This document shows, piece after piece, positions 39,801 through 54,740 of a stretch of 64,000 bases of DNA. The position numbers and the translations under genes were made by a program. Origin of the DNA: Auanema rhodensis. Taxonomy: Eukaryota; Animalia; Nematoda. The notes below the pieces were generated by a model that saw only the letters and a list, made by a program, of their open reading frames with translations, was not told the origin of the DNA and did no database searches. The stretch lies in assembly GCA_964057225.1 (NCBI GenBank), contig OZ059898.1, positions 19,654,001 to 19,718,000 on the forward strand. Direction: 5' to 3'. Every line of letters starts with the position of its first letter. Positions within the stretch are counted from its first letter, which is position 1.

Positions 39801-42800
39801 AATTATTCTGAAATTTTTCGAAAAAATTTTTGTCAAAATGTTTTTGGAAGCAATGTTGAGTGTACATGGAAACTCAACATACACTAATGCATCATTTTTC
39901 AAACGATCATAACTAATTTCTGTATTAAGCGTTTCTCAATGTAGTATAGTGCATTCGATGCGGATTTTTAAGCTGCGTCGATCTGTGTTGTCAGATTTGT
40001 GCTAGCTTAAAAATGCACCGAGACATCAACTGATACAAGTTCACACTTATATCCTCGATTTTCACCCTGAAGAATTAATTTTTTCGTTGAATAACATTGT
40101 CCATCGTCTTTGCCTTGAAAAAAAAAATCTAAAAACATTTACTTTTTGCTAAATTATTTTGAAATTTTTCGAAAAAATTTTTGTCAAAATGTTTTTGGAA
40201 GCAATGTTGAGTGTACATGGAAACTCAACATACACTATTGCATCATTTTTCAAACGATCATAACTAATTTTTGTATTAAGCGTTTCTCAATGTAGTATAG
40301 TGCATTCGATGCGGATTTTTAAGCTGCGTCGATCTGTGTTATCAGATTTGCGCTAGCTTAAAAATGCACCGAGACATCAACTGATATAAGTTCACACTTA
40401 TATCCTCGATTTTCACCCTGAAGAATTAATTTTTTCGTTGAATAACGTTGTCCATCGTCTTTGCCTTGAAAAAAGGAATCTAAAAACATTTACTTTTTGC
40501 TAAATTATTTTGAAATTTTTCGAAAAAATTTTTGTCAAAATGTTTTTGGAAGCAATGTTGAGTGTACATGGAAACTCAACATACACTATTGCATCATTTT
40601 TCAAACGATCATAACTAATTTTTGTATTAAGCGTTTCTCAATGTAGTATAGTGCATTCGATGCGGATTTTTAAGCTGCGTCGATCTGTGTTATCAGATTT
40701 GCGCTAGCTTAAAAATGCACCGAGACATCAACTGATATAAGTTCACACTTATATCCTCGATTTTCACCCTGAAGAATTAATTTTTTCGTTGAATAACGTT
40801 GTCCATCGTCTTTGCCTTGAAAAAAGGAATCTAAAAACATCTACTTTTTGCTAAATTATTTCGAAATTTTTCGAAAAAATTTTTGTCAAAATGTTTTTGG
40901 AAGCAATGTTGAGTGTACATGGAAACTCAACATACACTAATGCATCATTTTTCAAACGATCATAACTAATTTTTGTATTAAGCGTTTTTCAATGTAGTAT
41001 AGTGCATTCGATGCGGATTTTTAAGCTGCGTCGATCTGTGTTATCAGATTTGCGCTAGCTTAAAAATGCACCGAGACATCAACTGATATAAGTTCACACT
41101 TATATCCTCGATTTTCACCCTGAAGAATTGATTTTTTCGTTGAATAACATTGTCCATCGTCTTTGCCTTGAAAAACGAAATCTGAAAACTTCTACTTTTT
41201 GCTAAATTATTTTGAAATTTTTCGAAAAAATTTTTGTCAAAATGTTTTTGGAAGCAATGTTGAGTGTACATGGAAACTCAACATACACTAATGCATCATT
41301 TTTCAAACGATCACAACTAATTTTTGTATAAAGCGTTTCTCAATGTCGTATAGTGCATTCGATGCAGATTTGTAAGCTGCGTCGATCTGTGTTATCAGAT
41401 TTGCGCTAGCTTAAAAATGCACCGAGATATCAACTGATATAAGTTCACACTTATATCCTCGATTTTCACCCTGAAGAATTAATTTTTTCGTTGAATAACA
41501 TTAGCCATCGTCTTTGCCTTATAAAAAGGAATCTAAAAACATTTACTTTTTGCTAAATTATTTTGAAATTTTTCGAAAAAATTTTTGTCAAAATGTTTTT
41601 GGAAGCAATGTTGAGTGTACATGGAAACTCAACATACACTATTGCATCATTTTTCAAACGATCATAACTAATTTTTGTATTAAGCGTTTCTCAATGTAGT
41701 ATAGTGCATTCGATGCGGATTTTTAAGCTGCGTCGATCTGTGTTATCAGATTTGCGCTAACTTGAAAATGCACCGAGACATCAACTGATATAAGTTCACA
41801 CTTATATCCTCGATTTTCACCCTGAAGAATTAATTTTTTCGTTGAATAACGTTGTCCATCGTCTTTGCCTTGAAAAAAGGAATCTAAAAACATCTACTTT
41901 TTGCTAAATTATTTCGAAATTTTTCGAAAAAATTTTTGTCAAAATGTTTTTGGAAGCAATGTTGAGTGTACATGGAAACTCAACATACACTAATGCATCA
42001 TTTTTCAAACGATCATAACTAATTTTTGTATTAAGCGTTTTTTAATGTAGTATAGTGCATTCGATGCGGATTTTTAAGCTGCGTCGATCTGTGTTATCAG
42101 ATTTGCGCTAGCTTAAAAATGCACCGAGACATCAACTGATATAAGTTCACACTTATATCCTCGATTTTCACCCTGAAGAATTGATTTTTTCGTTGAATAA
42201 CATTGTCCATCGTCTTTGCCTTGAAAAACGAAATCTGAAAACTTCTACTTTTTGCTAAATTATTTTGAAATTTTTCGAAAAAATTTTTGTCAAAATGTTT
42301 TTGGAAGCAATGTTGAGTGTACATGGAAACTCAACATACACTAATGCATCATTTTTCAAACGATCACAACTAATTTTTGTATAAAGCGTTTCTCAATGTC
42401 GTATAGTGCATTCGATGCAGATTTGTAAGCTGCGTCGATCTGTGTTATCAGATTTGCGCTAGCTTAAAAATGCACCGAGATATCAACTGATATAAGTTCA
42501 CACTTATATCCTCGATTTTCACCCTGAAGAATTAATTTTTTCGTTGAATAACATTAGCCATCGTCTTTGCCTTATAAAAAGGAATCTAAAAACATTTACT
42601 TTTTGCTAAATTATTTTGAAATTTTTCGAAAAAATTTTTGTCAAAATGTTTTTGGAAGCAATGTTGAGTGTACATGGAAACTCAACATACACTAATGCAT
42701 CATTTTTCAAACGATCATAACTAATTTTTGTATTAAGCGTTTTTCAATGTAGTATAGTGCATTCGATGCGGATTTTTAAGCTGCGTCGATCTGTGTTATC

Positions 42801-45800
42801 AGATTTGCGCTAACTTGAAAATGCACCGAGACATCAACTGATATAAGTTCACACTTATATCCTCGATTTTCACCCTGAAGAATTAATTTTTTCGTTGAAT
42901 AACGTTGTCCATCGTCTTTGCCTTGAAAAAAGGAATCTAAAAACATCTACTTTTTGCTAAATTATTTCGAAATTTTTCGAAAAAATTTTTGTCAAAATGT
43001 TTTTGGAAGCAATGTTGAGTGTACATGGAAACTCAACATACACTAATGCATCATTTTTCAAACGATCATAACTAATTTTTGTATTAAGCGTTTTTCAATG
43101 TAGTATAGTGCATTCGATGCGGATTTTTAAGCTGCGTCGATCTGTGTTATCAGAGTTGCGCTAGCTTAAAAATGCACCGAGACATCAACTGATATAAGTT
43201 CACACTTATATCCTCGATTTTCACCCTGAAGAATTTATTTTTTCGTTGAATAACATTGTCCATCGTCTTTGCCTTGAAAAAAGGAATCTAAAAACATCTA
43301 CTTTTTGCTAAATTATTCTGAAATTTTTCGAAAAAATTTTTGTCAAAATGTTTTTGGAAGCAATGTTGAGTGTACATGGAAACTCAACATACACTAATGC
43401 ATCATTTTTCAAACGATCATAACTAATTTCTGTATTAAACGTTTCTCAATGTAGTATAGTGCATTCGATGCGGATTTTTAAGCTGCGTCGATCTGTGTTA
43501 TCAGATTTGCGCTAGCTTAAAAATGCACCGAGACATCAACTGATATAAGTTCACACTTATATCCTCGATTTTCACCCTGAAGAATTGATTTTTTCGTTGA
43601 ATAACATTGTCCATCGTCTTTGCCTTGAAAAACGAAATCTGAAAACTTCTACTTTTTGCTAAATTATTTTGAAATTTTTCGAAAAAATTTTTGTCAAAAT
43701 GTTTTTGGAAGCAATGTTGAGTGTACATGGAAACTCAACATACACTAATGCATCATTTTTCAAACGATCACAACTAATTTTTGTATAAAGCGTTTCTCAA
43801 TGTCGTATAGTGCATTCGATGCAGATTTGTAAGCTGCGTCGATCTGTGTTATCAGATTTGCGCTAGCTTAAAAATGCACCGAGATATCAACTGATATAAG
43901 TTCACACTTATATCCTCGATTTTCACCCTGAAGAATTAATTTTTTCGTTGAATAACATTAGCCATCGTCTTTGCCTTATAAAAAGGAATCTAAAAACATT
44001 TACTTTTTGCTAAATTATTTTGAAATTTTTCGAAAAAATTTTTGTCAAAATGTTTTTGGAAGCAATGTTGAGTGTACATGGAAACTCAACATACACTATT
44101 GCATCATTTTTCAAACGATCATAACTAATTTTTGTATTAAGCGTTTCTCAATGTAGTATAGTGCATTCGATGCGAATTTTTAAGCTGCGTCGATCTGTGT
44201 TATCAGATTTGCGCTAACTTGAAAATGCACCGAGACATCAACTGATATAAGTTCACACTTATATCCTCGATTTTCACCCTGAAGAATTAATTTTTTCGTT
44301 GAATAACGTTGTCCATCGTCTTTGCCTTGAAAAAAGGAATCTAAAAACATCTACTTTTTGCTAAATTATTCTGAAATTTTTCGAAAAAATTTTTGTCAAA
44401 ATGTTTTTGGAAGCAATGTTGAGTGTACATGGAAACTCAACATACACTAATGCATCATTTTTCAAACGATCACAACTAATTTTTGTATAAAGCGTTTCTC
44501 AATGTCGTATAGTGCATTCGATGCGGATTTTTAAGCTGCGTCGATCTGTGTTATCAGATTTGCGCTAGCTTAAAAATGCACCGAGACATCAACTGATATA
44601 AGTTCACACTTATATCCTCGATTTTCACCCTGAAGAAATAATTTTTTCGTTGAATAACATTGTCCATCGTCTTTGCCTTGAAAAAAAAAATCTAAAAACA
44701 TCTACTTTTTGCTAAATTATTTTGAAATTTTTCGAAAAAATTTTTGTCAAAATGTTTTTGGAAGCAATGTTGAGTGTACATGGAAACTCAACATACACTA
44801 ATGCATCATTTTTCAAACAATCATAACTAATTTTTGTATTAAGCGTTTCTCAATGTAGAATAGTGCATTCGATGCAGTTTTGTAAGCTGCGTCGATCTGT
44901 TTGATCAGATTTGGGCTAGCTTAAAAATGCACCGAGATATCAACTGATACAAGTTCACACTTATATCCTCGATTTTCACCCTGAAGAATTAATTTTTTCG
45001 TTGAATAACATTGTCCATCGTCTTTGCCTTGAAAAAAGAAATCTAAAAACATTTACTTTTTGCTAAATTATTTTGAAATTTTTCGAAAAAATTTTTGTCA
45101 AAATGTTTTTGGAAGCAATGTTGAGTGTACATGGAAACTCAACATACACTATTGCATCATTTTTCAAACGATCATAACTAATTTTTGTATTAAGCGTTTC
45201 TCAATGTAGTATAGTGCATTCGATGCGGATTTTTAAGCTGCGTCGATCTGTGTTATCAGATTTGCGCTAGCTTAAAAATGCACCGAGACATCAACTGATA
45301 TAAGTTCACACTTATATCCTCGATTTTCACCCTGAAGAATTAATTTTTTCGTTGAATAACGTTGTCCATCGTCTTTGCCTTGAAAAAAGGAATCTAAAAA
45401 CATCTACTTTTTGCTAAATTATTTCGAAATTTTTCGAAAAAATTTTTGTCAAAATGTTTTTGGAAGCAATGTTGAGTGTACATGGAAACTCAACATACAC
45501 TAATGCATCATTTTTCAAACGATCATAACTAATTTTTGTATTAAGCGTTTTTCAATGTAGTATAGTGCATTCGATGCGGATTTTTAAGCTGCGTCGATCT
45601 GTGTTATCAGATTTGCGCTAGCTTAAAAATGCACCGAGACATCAACTGATATAAGTTCACACTTATATCCTCGATTTTCACCCTGAAGAATTAATTTTTT
45701 CGTTGAATAACGTTGTCCATCGTCTTTGCCTTGAAAAAAGGAATCTAAAAACATCTACTTTTTGCTAAATTATTTCGAAATTTTTCGAAAAAATTTTTGT

Positions 45801-45977
45801 CAAAATGTTTTTGGAAGCAATGTTGAGTGTACATGGAAACTCAACATACACTAATGCATCATTTTTCAAACGATCACAACTAATTTTTGTATAAAGCGTT
45901 TCTCAATGTCGTATAGTGCATTCGATGCAGATTTGTAAGCTGCGTCGATCTGTGTTATCAGATTTGCGCTAGCTTAA
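36852..45977. repeat. Block copy III (M106-M131): tandem duplicate of M77-M105 lacking three monomers
   Basis: Private SNP CAGAGTTG at 34029/43155 and six ORF pairs are offset by 9126 bp (26 monomers). TTATCTTG at 27171/37350 is offset by 10179 bp (29 monomers). Confidence 0.88.
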
Positions 45978-46678
45978 AAATGCACCGAGATATCAACTGA
46001 TATAAGTTCACACTTATATCCTCGATTTTCACCCTGAAGAATTAATTTTTTCGTTGAATAACATTAGCCATCGTCTTTGCCTTATAAAAAGGAATCTAAA
46101 AACATTTACTTTTTGCTAAATTATTTTGAAATTTTTCGAAAAAATTTTTGTCAAAATGTTTTTGGAAGCAATGTTGAGTGTACATGGAAACTCAACATAC
46201 ACTAATGCATTATTTTTCAAACGATCATAACTAATTTTTGTATTAAGCGTTTCTCAATGTAGTATAGTGCATTCGATGCGGATTTTTAAGCTGCGTCGAT
46301 CTGTGTTATCAGATTTGCGCTAGCTTAAAAATGCACCGAGACATCAACTGATATAAGTTCACACTTATATCCTCGATTTTCACCCTGAAGAAATAATTTT
46401 TTCGTTGAGTAACATTGTCCATCGTCTTTGCCTTGAAAAAAAAATCTAAAAACATCTACTTTTTGCTAAATTATTTTGAAATTTTTCGAAAAAATTTTTG
46501 TCAAAATGTTTTTGGAAGCAATGTTGAGTGTACATGGAAACTCAACATACACTAATGCATCATTTTTCAAACAATCATAACTAATTTTTGTATTAAGCGT
46601 TTCTCAATGTAGAATAGTGCATTCGATGCAGTTTTGTAAGCTGCGTCGATCTGTTTGATCAGATTTGGGCTAGCTTAA

Positions 46679-49600
46679 AAATGCACCGAGATATCAACTG
46701 ATATAAGTTCACACTTATATCCTCGATTTTCACCCTGAAGAATTAATTTTTTCGTTGAATAACATTGTCCATCGTCTTTGCCTTGAAAAAAGGAATCTAA
46801 AAACATCTACTTTTTGCTAAATTATTTTGAAATTTTTCGAAAAAATTTTTGTCAAAATGTTTTTGGAAGCAATGTTGAGTGTACATGGAAACTCAACATA
46901 CACTAATGCATCATTTTTCAAACGATCATAACTAATTTCTGTATTAAACGTTTCTCAATGTATAGTGCATTCGATGCGAATTTTTAAGCTGCGTCGATCT
47001 GTGTTATCAGATTTGCGCTAGCTTAAAAATGCACCGAGACATCAACTGATATAAGTTCACACTTATATCCTCGATTTTCACCCTGAAGAATTAATTTTTT
47101 CGTTGAATAACGTTGTCCATCGTCTTTGCCTTGAAAAAAGGAATCTAAAAACATCTACTTTTTGCTAAATTATTTCGAAATTTTTCGAAAAAATTTTTGT
47201 CAAAATGTTTTTGGAAGCAATGTTGAGTGTACATGGAAACTCAACATACACTAATGCATCATTTTTCAAACGATCATAACTAATTTTTGTATTAAGCGTT
47301 TTTCAATGTAGTATAGTGCATTCGATGCGGATTTTTAAGCTGCGTCGATCTGTGTTATCAGATTTGCGCTAGCTTAAAAATGCACCGAGACATCAACTGA
47401 TATAAGTTCACACTTATATCCTCGATTTTCACCCTGAAGAATTTATTTTTTCGTTGAATAACATTGTCCATCGTCTTTGCCTTGAAAAAAGGAATCTAAA
47501 AACATCTACTTTTTGCTAAATTATTCTGAAATTTTTCGAAAAAATTTTTGTCAAAATGTTTTTGGAAGCAATGTTGAGTGTACATGGAAACTCAACATAC
47601 ACTAATGCATCATTTTTCAAACGATCATAACTAATTTCTGTATTAAACGTTTCTCAATGTAGTATAGTGCATTCGATGCGGATTTTTAAGCTGCGTCGAT
47701 CTGTGTTATCAGATTTGCGCTAGCTTAAAAATGCACCGAGACATCAACTGATATAAGTTCACACTTATATCCTCGATTTTCACCCTGAAGAATTGATTTT
47801 TTCGTTGAATAACATTGTCCATCGTCTTTGCCTTGAAAAACGAAATCTGAAAACTTCTACTTTTTGCTAAATTATTTTGAAATTTTTCGAAAAAATTTTT
47901 GTCAAAATGTTTTTGGAAGCAATGTTCAGTGTACATGGAAACTCAACATACACTAATGCATCATTTTTCAAACGATCACAACTAATTTTTGTATAAAGCG
48001 TTTCTCAATGTCGTATAGTGCATTCGATGCAGATTTGTAAGCTGCGTCGATCTGTGTTATCAGATTTGCGCTAGCTTAAAAATGCACCGAGATATCAACT
48101 GATATAAGTTCACACTTATATCCTCGATTTTCACCCTGAAGAATTAATTTTTTCGTTGAATAACATTAGCCATCGTCTTTGCCTTATAAAAAGGAATCTA
48201 AAAACATTTACTTTTTGCTAAATTATTTTGAAATTTTTCGAAAAAATTTTTGTCAAAATGTTTTTGGAAGCAATGTTGAGTGTACATGGAAACTCAACAT
48301 ACACTAATGCATCATTTTTCAAACAATCATAACTAATTTTTGTATTAACGTTTCTCAATGTAGAATAGTGCATTCGATGCAGTTTTGTAAGCTGCGTCGA
48401 TCTGTTTGATCAGATTTGGGCTAGCTTAAAAATGCACCGAGATATCAACTGATATAAGTTCACACTTATATCCTCGATTTTCACCCTGAAGAATTAATTT
48501 TTTCGTTGAATAACATTGTCCATCGTCTTTGCCTTGAAAAAAGGAATCTAAAAACATCTACTTTTTGCTAAATTATTTTGAAATTTTTCGAAAAAATTTT
48601 TGTCAAAATGTTTTTGGAAGCAATGTTGAGTGTACATGGAAACTCAACATACACTAATGCATCATTTTTCAAACGATCATAACTAATTTCTGTATTAAAC
48701 GTTTCTCAATGTATAGTGCATTCGATGCGAATTTTTAAGCTGCGTCGATCTGTGTTATCAGATTTGCGCTAGCTTAAAAATGCACCGAGACATCAACTGA
48801 TATAAGTTCACACTTATATCCTCGATTTTCACCCTGAAGAATTAATTTTTTCGTTGAATAACGTTGTCCATCGTCTTTGCATTGAAAAAAGGAATCTAAA
48901 AACATCTACTTTTTGCTAAATTATTTCGAAATTTTTCGAAAAAATTTTTGTCAAAATGTTTTTGGAAGCAATGTTGAGTGTACATGGAAACTCAACATAC
49001 ACTAATGCATCATTTTCCAAACGATCATAACTAATTTTTGTATTAAACGTTTTTCAATGTAGTATAGTGCATTCGATGCGGATTTTTAAGCTGCGTCGAT
49101 CTGTGTTATCAGATTTGCGCTAGCTTAAAAATGCACCGAGACATCAACTGATATAAGTTCACACTTATATCCTCGATTTTCACCCTGAAGAATTTATTTT
49201 TTCGTTGAATAACATTGTCCATCGTCTTTGCCTTGAAAAAAGGAATCTAAAAACATCTACTTTTTGCTAAATTATTCTGAAATTTTTCGAAAAAATTTTT
49301 GTCAAAATGTTTTTGGAAGCAATGTTGAGTGTACATGGAAACTCAACATACACTAATGCATCATTTTTCAAACGATCACAACTAATTTTTGTATAAAGCG
49401 TTTCTCAATGTCGTATAGTGCATTCGATGCAGATTTGTAAGCTGCGTCGATCTGTGTTATCAGATTTGCGCTAGCTTAAAAATGCACCGAGATATCAACT
49501 GATATAAGTTCACACTTATATCCTCGATTTTCACCCTGAAGAATTGATTTTTTCGTTGAATAACATTGTCCATCGTCTTTGCCTTGAAAAACGAAATCTG

Positions 49601-51231
49601 AAAACTTCTACTTTTTGCTAAATTATTTTGAAATTTTTCGAAAAAATTTTTGTCAAAATGTTTTTGGAAGCAATGTTGAGTGTACATGGAAACTCAACAT
49701 ACACTAATGCATCATTTTTCAAACGATCACAACTAATTTTTGTATAAAGCGTTTCTCAATGTCGTATAGTGCATTCGATGCAGATTTGTAAGCTGCGTCG
49801 ATCTGTGTTATCAGATTTGCGCTAGCTTAAAAATGCACCGAGATATCAACTGATATAAGTTCACACTTATATCCTCGATTTTCACCCTGAAGAATTAATT
49901 TTTTCGTTGAATAACATTAGCCATCGTCTTTGCCTTATAAAAAGGAATCTAAAAACATTTACTTTTTGCTAAATTATTTTGAAATTTTTCGAAAAAATTT
50001 TTGTCAAAATGTTTTTGGAAGCAATGTTGAGTGTACATGGAAACTCAACATACACTAATGCATTATTTTTCAAACGATCATAACTAATTTTTGTATTAAG
50101 CGTTACTCAATGTAGTATAGTGCATTCGATGCGGATTTTTAAGCTGCGTCGATCTGTGTTATCAGATTTGCGCTAGCTTAAAAATGCACCGAGATATCAA
50201 CTGATATAAGTTCACACTTATATCCTCGATTTTCACCCTGAAGAATTAATTTTTTCGTTGAATAACATTGTCCATCGTCTTTGCCTTGAAAAAAGGAATC
50301 TAAAAACATCTACTTTTTGCTAAATTATTTTGAAATTTTTCGAAAAAATTTTTGTCAAAATGTTTTTGGAAGCAATGTTGAGTGTACATGGAAACTCAAC
50401 ATACACTAATGCATCATTTTTCAAACGATCATAACTAATTTCTGTATTAAACGTTTCTCAATGTATAGTGCATTCGATGCGAATTTTTAAGCTGCGTCGA
50501 TCTGTGTTATCAGATTTGCGCTAGCTTAAAAATGCACCGAGACATCAACTGATATAAGTTCACACTTATATCCTCGATTTTCACCCTGAAGAATTAATTT
50601 TTTCGTTGAATAACGTTGTCCATCGTCTTTGCATTGAAAAAAGGAATCTAAAAACATCTACTTTTTGCTAAATTATTTCGAAATTTTTCGAAAAAATTTT
50701 TGTCAAAATGTTTTTGGAAGCAATGTTGAGTGTACATGGAAACTCAACATACACTAATGCATCATTTTTCAAACGATCATAACTAATTTTTGTATTAAGC
50801 GTTTTTCAATGTAGTATAGTGCATTCGATGCGGATTTTGAAGCTGCGTCGATCTGTGTTATCAGATTTGCGCTAGCTTAAAAATGCACCGAGACATCAAC
50901 TGATATAAGTTCACACTTATATCCTCGATTTTCACCCTGAAGAATTTATTTTTTCGTTGAATAACATTGTCCATCGTCTTTGCCTTGAAAAAAGGAATCT
51001 AAAAACATCTACTTTTTGCTAAATTATTCTGAAATTTTTCGAAAAAATTTTTGTCAAAATGTTTTTGGAAGCAATGTTGAGTGTACATGGAAACTCAACA
51101 TACACTAATGCATCATTTTTCAAACGATCATAACTAATTTCTGTATTAAACGTTTCTCAATGTAGTATAGTGCATTCGATGCGGATTTTTAAGCTGCGTC
51201 GATCTGTGTTATCAGATTTGCGCTAGCTTAA
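46679..51231. repeat. Nascent 5-mer higher-order repeat (~1751 bp) marked by a 3-bp-deletion monomer
   Basis: AATGTATAGTG (3-bp deletion) linked to GCGAATTT at ~46961, 48712 and 50464. A detached copy of the unit lies at 56845-58596 (deletion at ~57127). Confidence 0.8.
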
Positions 51232-52985
51232 AAATGCACCGAGACATCAACTGATATAAGTTCACACTTATATCCTCGATTTTCACCCTGAAGAAATAAT
51301 TTTTTCGTTGAATAACATTGTCCATCGTCTTTGCCTTGAAAAAAAAAATCTAAAAACATCTACTTTTTGCTAAATTATTTTGAAATTTTTCGAAAAAATT
51401 TTTGTCAAAATGTTTTTGGAAGCAATGTTGAGTGTACATGGAAACTCAACATACACTAATGCATCATTTTTCAAACAATCATAACTAATTTTTGTATTAA
51501 CGTTTCTCAATGTAGAATAGTGCATTCGATGCAGTTTTGTAAGCTGCGTCGATCTGTTTGATCAGATTTGGGCTAGCTTAAAAATGCACCGAGATATCAA
51601 CTGATATAAGTTCACACTTATATCCTCGATTTTCACCCTGAAGAATTAATTTTTTCGTTGAATAACATTAGCCATCGTCTTTGCCTTATAAAAAGGAATC
51701 TAAAAACATTTACTTTTTGCTAAATTATTTTGAAATTTTTCGAAAAAATTTTTGTCAAAATGTTTTTGGAAGCAATGTTGAGTGTACATGGAAACTCAAC
51801 ATACACTAATGCATTATTTTTCAAACGATCATAACTAATTTTTGTATTAAGCGTTTCTCAATGTAGTATAGTGCATTCGATGCGGATTTTTAAGCTGCGT
51901 CGATCTGTGTTATCAGATTTGCGCTAGCTTAAAAATGCACCGAGACATCAACTGATATAAGTTCACACTTATATCCTCGATTTTCACCCTGAAGAAATAA
52001 TTTTTTCGTTGAATAACATTGTCCATCGTCTTTGCCTTGAAAAAAAAAATCTAAAAACATCTACTTTTTGCTAAATTATTTTGAAATTTTTCGAAAAAAT
52101 TTTTGTCAAAATGTTTTTGGAAGCAATGTTGAGTGTACATGGAAACTCAACATACACTAATGCATCATTTTTCAAACAATCATAACTAATTTTTGTATTA
52201 AGCGTTTCTCAATGTAGAATAGTGCATTCGATGCAGTTTTGTAAGCTGCGTCGATCTGTTTGATCAGATTTGGGCTAGCTTAAAAATGCACCGAGATATC
52301 AACTGATATAAGTTCACACTTATATCCTCGATTTTCACCCTGAAGAATTAATTTTTTCGTTGAATAACATTGTCCATCGTCTTTGCCTTGAAAAAAGGAA
52401 TCTAAAAACATCTACTTTTTGCTAAATTATTTTGAAATTTTTCGAAAAAATTTTTGTCAAAATGTTTTTGGAAGCAATGTTGAGTGTACATGGAAACTCA
52501 ACATACACTAATGCATCATTTTTCAAACGATCATAACTAATTTCTGTATTAAACGTTACTCAATGTAGTATAGTGCATTCGATGCGGATTTTTAAGCTGC
52601 GTCGATCTGTGTTATCAGATTTGCGCTAGCTTAAAAATGCACCGAGACATCAACTGATATAAGTTCACACTTATATCCTCGATTTTCACCCTGAAGAATT
52701 AATTTTTTCGTTGAATAACGTTGTCCATCGTCTTTGCCTTGAAAAAAGGAATCTAAAAACATCTACTTTTTGCTAAATTATTTTGAAATTTTTCGAAAAA
52801 ATTTTTGTCAAAATGTTTTTGGAAGCAATGTTGAGTGTACATGGAAACTCAACATACACTAATGCATCATTTTTCAAACGATCATAACTAATTTTTGTAT
52901 TAAGCGTTTTTCAATGTAGTATAGTGCATTCGATGCGGATTTTTAAGCTGCGTCGATCTGTGTTATCAGATTTGCGCTAGCTTAA

Positions 52986-54740
52986 AAATGCACCGAGACA
53001 TCAACTGATATAAGTTCACACTTATATCCTCGATTTTCACCCTGAAGAATTTATTTTTTCGTTGAATAACATTGTCCATCGTCTTTGCCTTGAAAAAAGG
53101 AATCTAAAAACATCTACTTTTTGCTAAATTATTCTGAAATTTTTCGAAAAAATTTTTGTCAAAATGTTTTTGGAAGCAATGTTGAGTGTACATGGAAACT
53201 CAACATACACTAATGCATCATTTTTCAAACGATCATAACTAATTTCTGTATTAAACGTTTCTCAATGTAGTATAGTGCATTCGATGCGGATTTTTAAGCT
53301 GCGTCGATCTGTGTTATCAGATTTGCGCTAGCTTAAAAATGCACCGAGACATCAACTGATATAAGTTCACACTTATATCCTCGATTTTCACCCTGAAGAA
53401 TTGATTTTTTCGTTGAATAACATTGTCCATCGTCTTTGCCTTGAAAAACGAAATCTGAAAACTTCTACTTTTTGCTAAATTATTTTGAAATTTTTCGAAA
53501 AAATTTTTGTCAAAATGTTTTTGGAAGCAATGTTGAGTGTACATGGAAACTCAACATACACTAATGCATCATTTTTCAAACGATCATAACTAATTTTTGT
53601 ATTAAGCGTTTTTCAATGTAGTATAGTGCATTCGATGCGGATTTTTAAGCTGCGTCGATCTGTGTTATCAGATTTGCGCTAGCTTAAAAATGCACCGAGA
53701 CATCAACTGATATAAGTTCACACTTATATCCTCGATTTTCACCCTGAAGAATTTATTTTTTCGTTGAATAACATTGTCCATCGTCTTTGCCTTGAAAAAA
53801 GGAATCTAAAAACATCTACTTTTTGCTAAATTATTCTGAAATTTTTCGAAAAAATTTTTGTCAAAATGTTTTTGGAAGCAATGTTGAGTGTACATGGAAA
53901 CTCAACATACACTAATGCATCATTTTTCAAACGATCATAACTAATTTCTGTATTAAACGTTTCTCAATGTAGTATAGTGCATTCGATGCGGATTTTTAAG
54001 CTGCGTCGATCTGTGTTATCAGATTTGCGCTAGCTTAAAAATGCACCGAGACATCAACTGATATAAGTTCACACTTATATCCTCGATTTTCACCCTGAAG
54101 AATTGATTTTTTCGTTGAATAACATTGTCCATCGTCTTTGCCTTGAAAAACGAAATCTGAAAACTTCTACTTTTTGCTAAATTATTTTGAAATTTTTCGA
54201 AAAAATTTTTGTCAAAATGTTTTTGGAAGCAATGTTGAGTGTACATGGAAACTCAACATACACTAATGCATCATTTTTCAAACGATCATAACTAATTTTT
54301 GTATTAAGCGTTTTTCAATGTAGTATAGTGCATTCGATGCGGATTTTTAAGCTGCGTCGATCTGTGTTATCAGATTTGCGCTAGCTTAAAAATGCACCGA
54401 GACATCAACTGATATAAGTTCACACTTATATCCTCGATTTTCACCCTGAAGAATTTATTTTTTCGTTGAATAACATTGTCCATCGTCTTTGCCTTGAAAA
54501 AAGGAATCTAAAAACATCTACTTTTTGCTAAATTATTCTGAAATTTTTCGAAAAAATTTTTGTCAAAATGTTTTTGGAAGCAATGTTGAGTGTACATGGA
54601 AACTCAACATACACTAATGCATCATTTTTCAAACGATCATAACTAATTTCTGTATTAAACGTTTCTCAATGTAGTATAGTGCATTCGATGCGGATTTTTA
54701 AGCTGCGTCGATCTGTGTTATCAGATTTGCGCTAGCTTAA
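52986..54740. repeat. Local 2-mer (702 bp) alternation of type-D and chimeric type-A monomers
   Basis: ORFs at 53317 and 54019 are 702 bp apart; AATTTATT/TTATTCTG monomers start at 52986, 53688 and 54390. Confidence 0.8.

Noticed and set aside
17646-44156. 61-70-aa plus-strand ORFs
   Set aside because: They start at TTG and are open only when the CCTTATAA and CTATTGC SNPs coincide in one monomer. The 70-aa form comes from a chimeric monomer.
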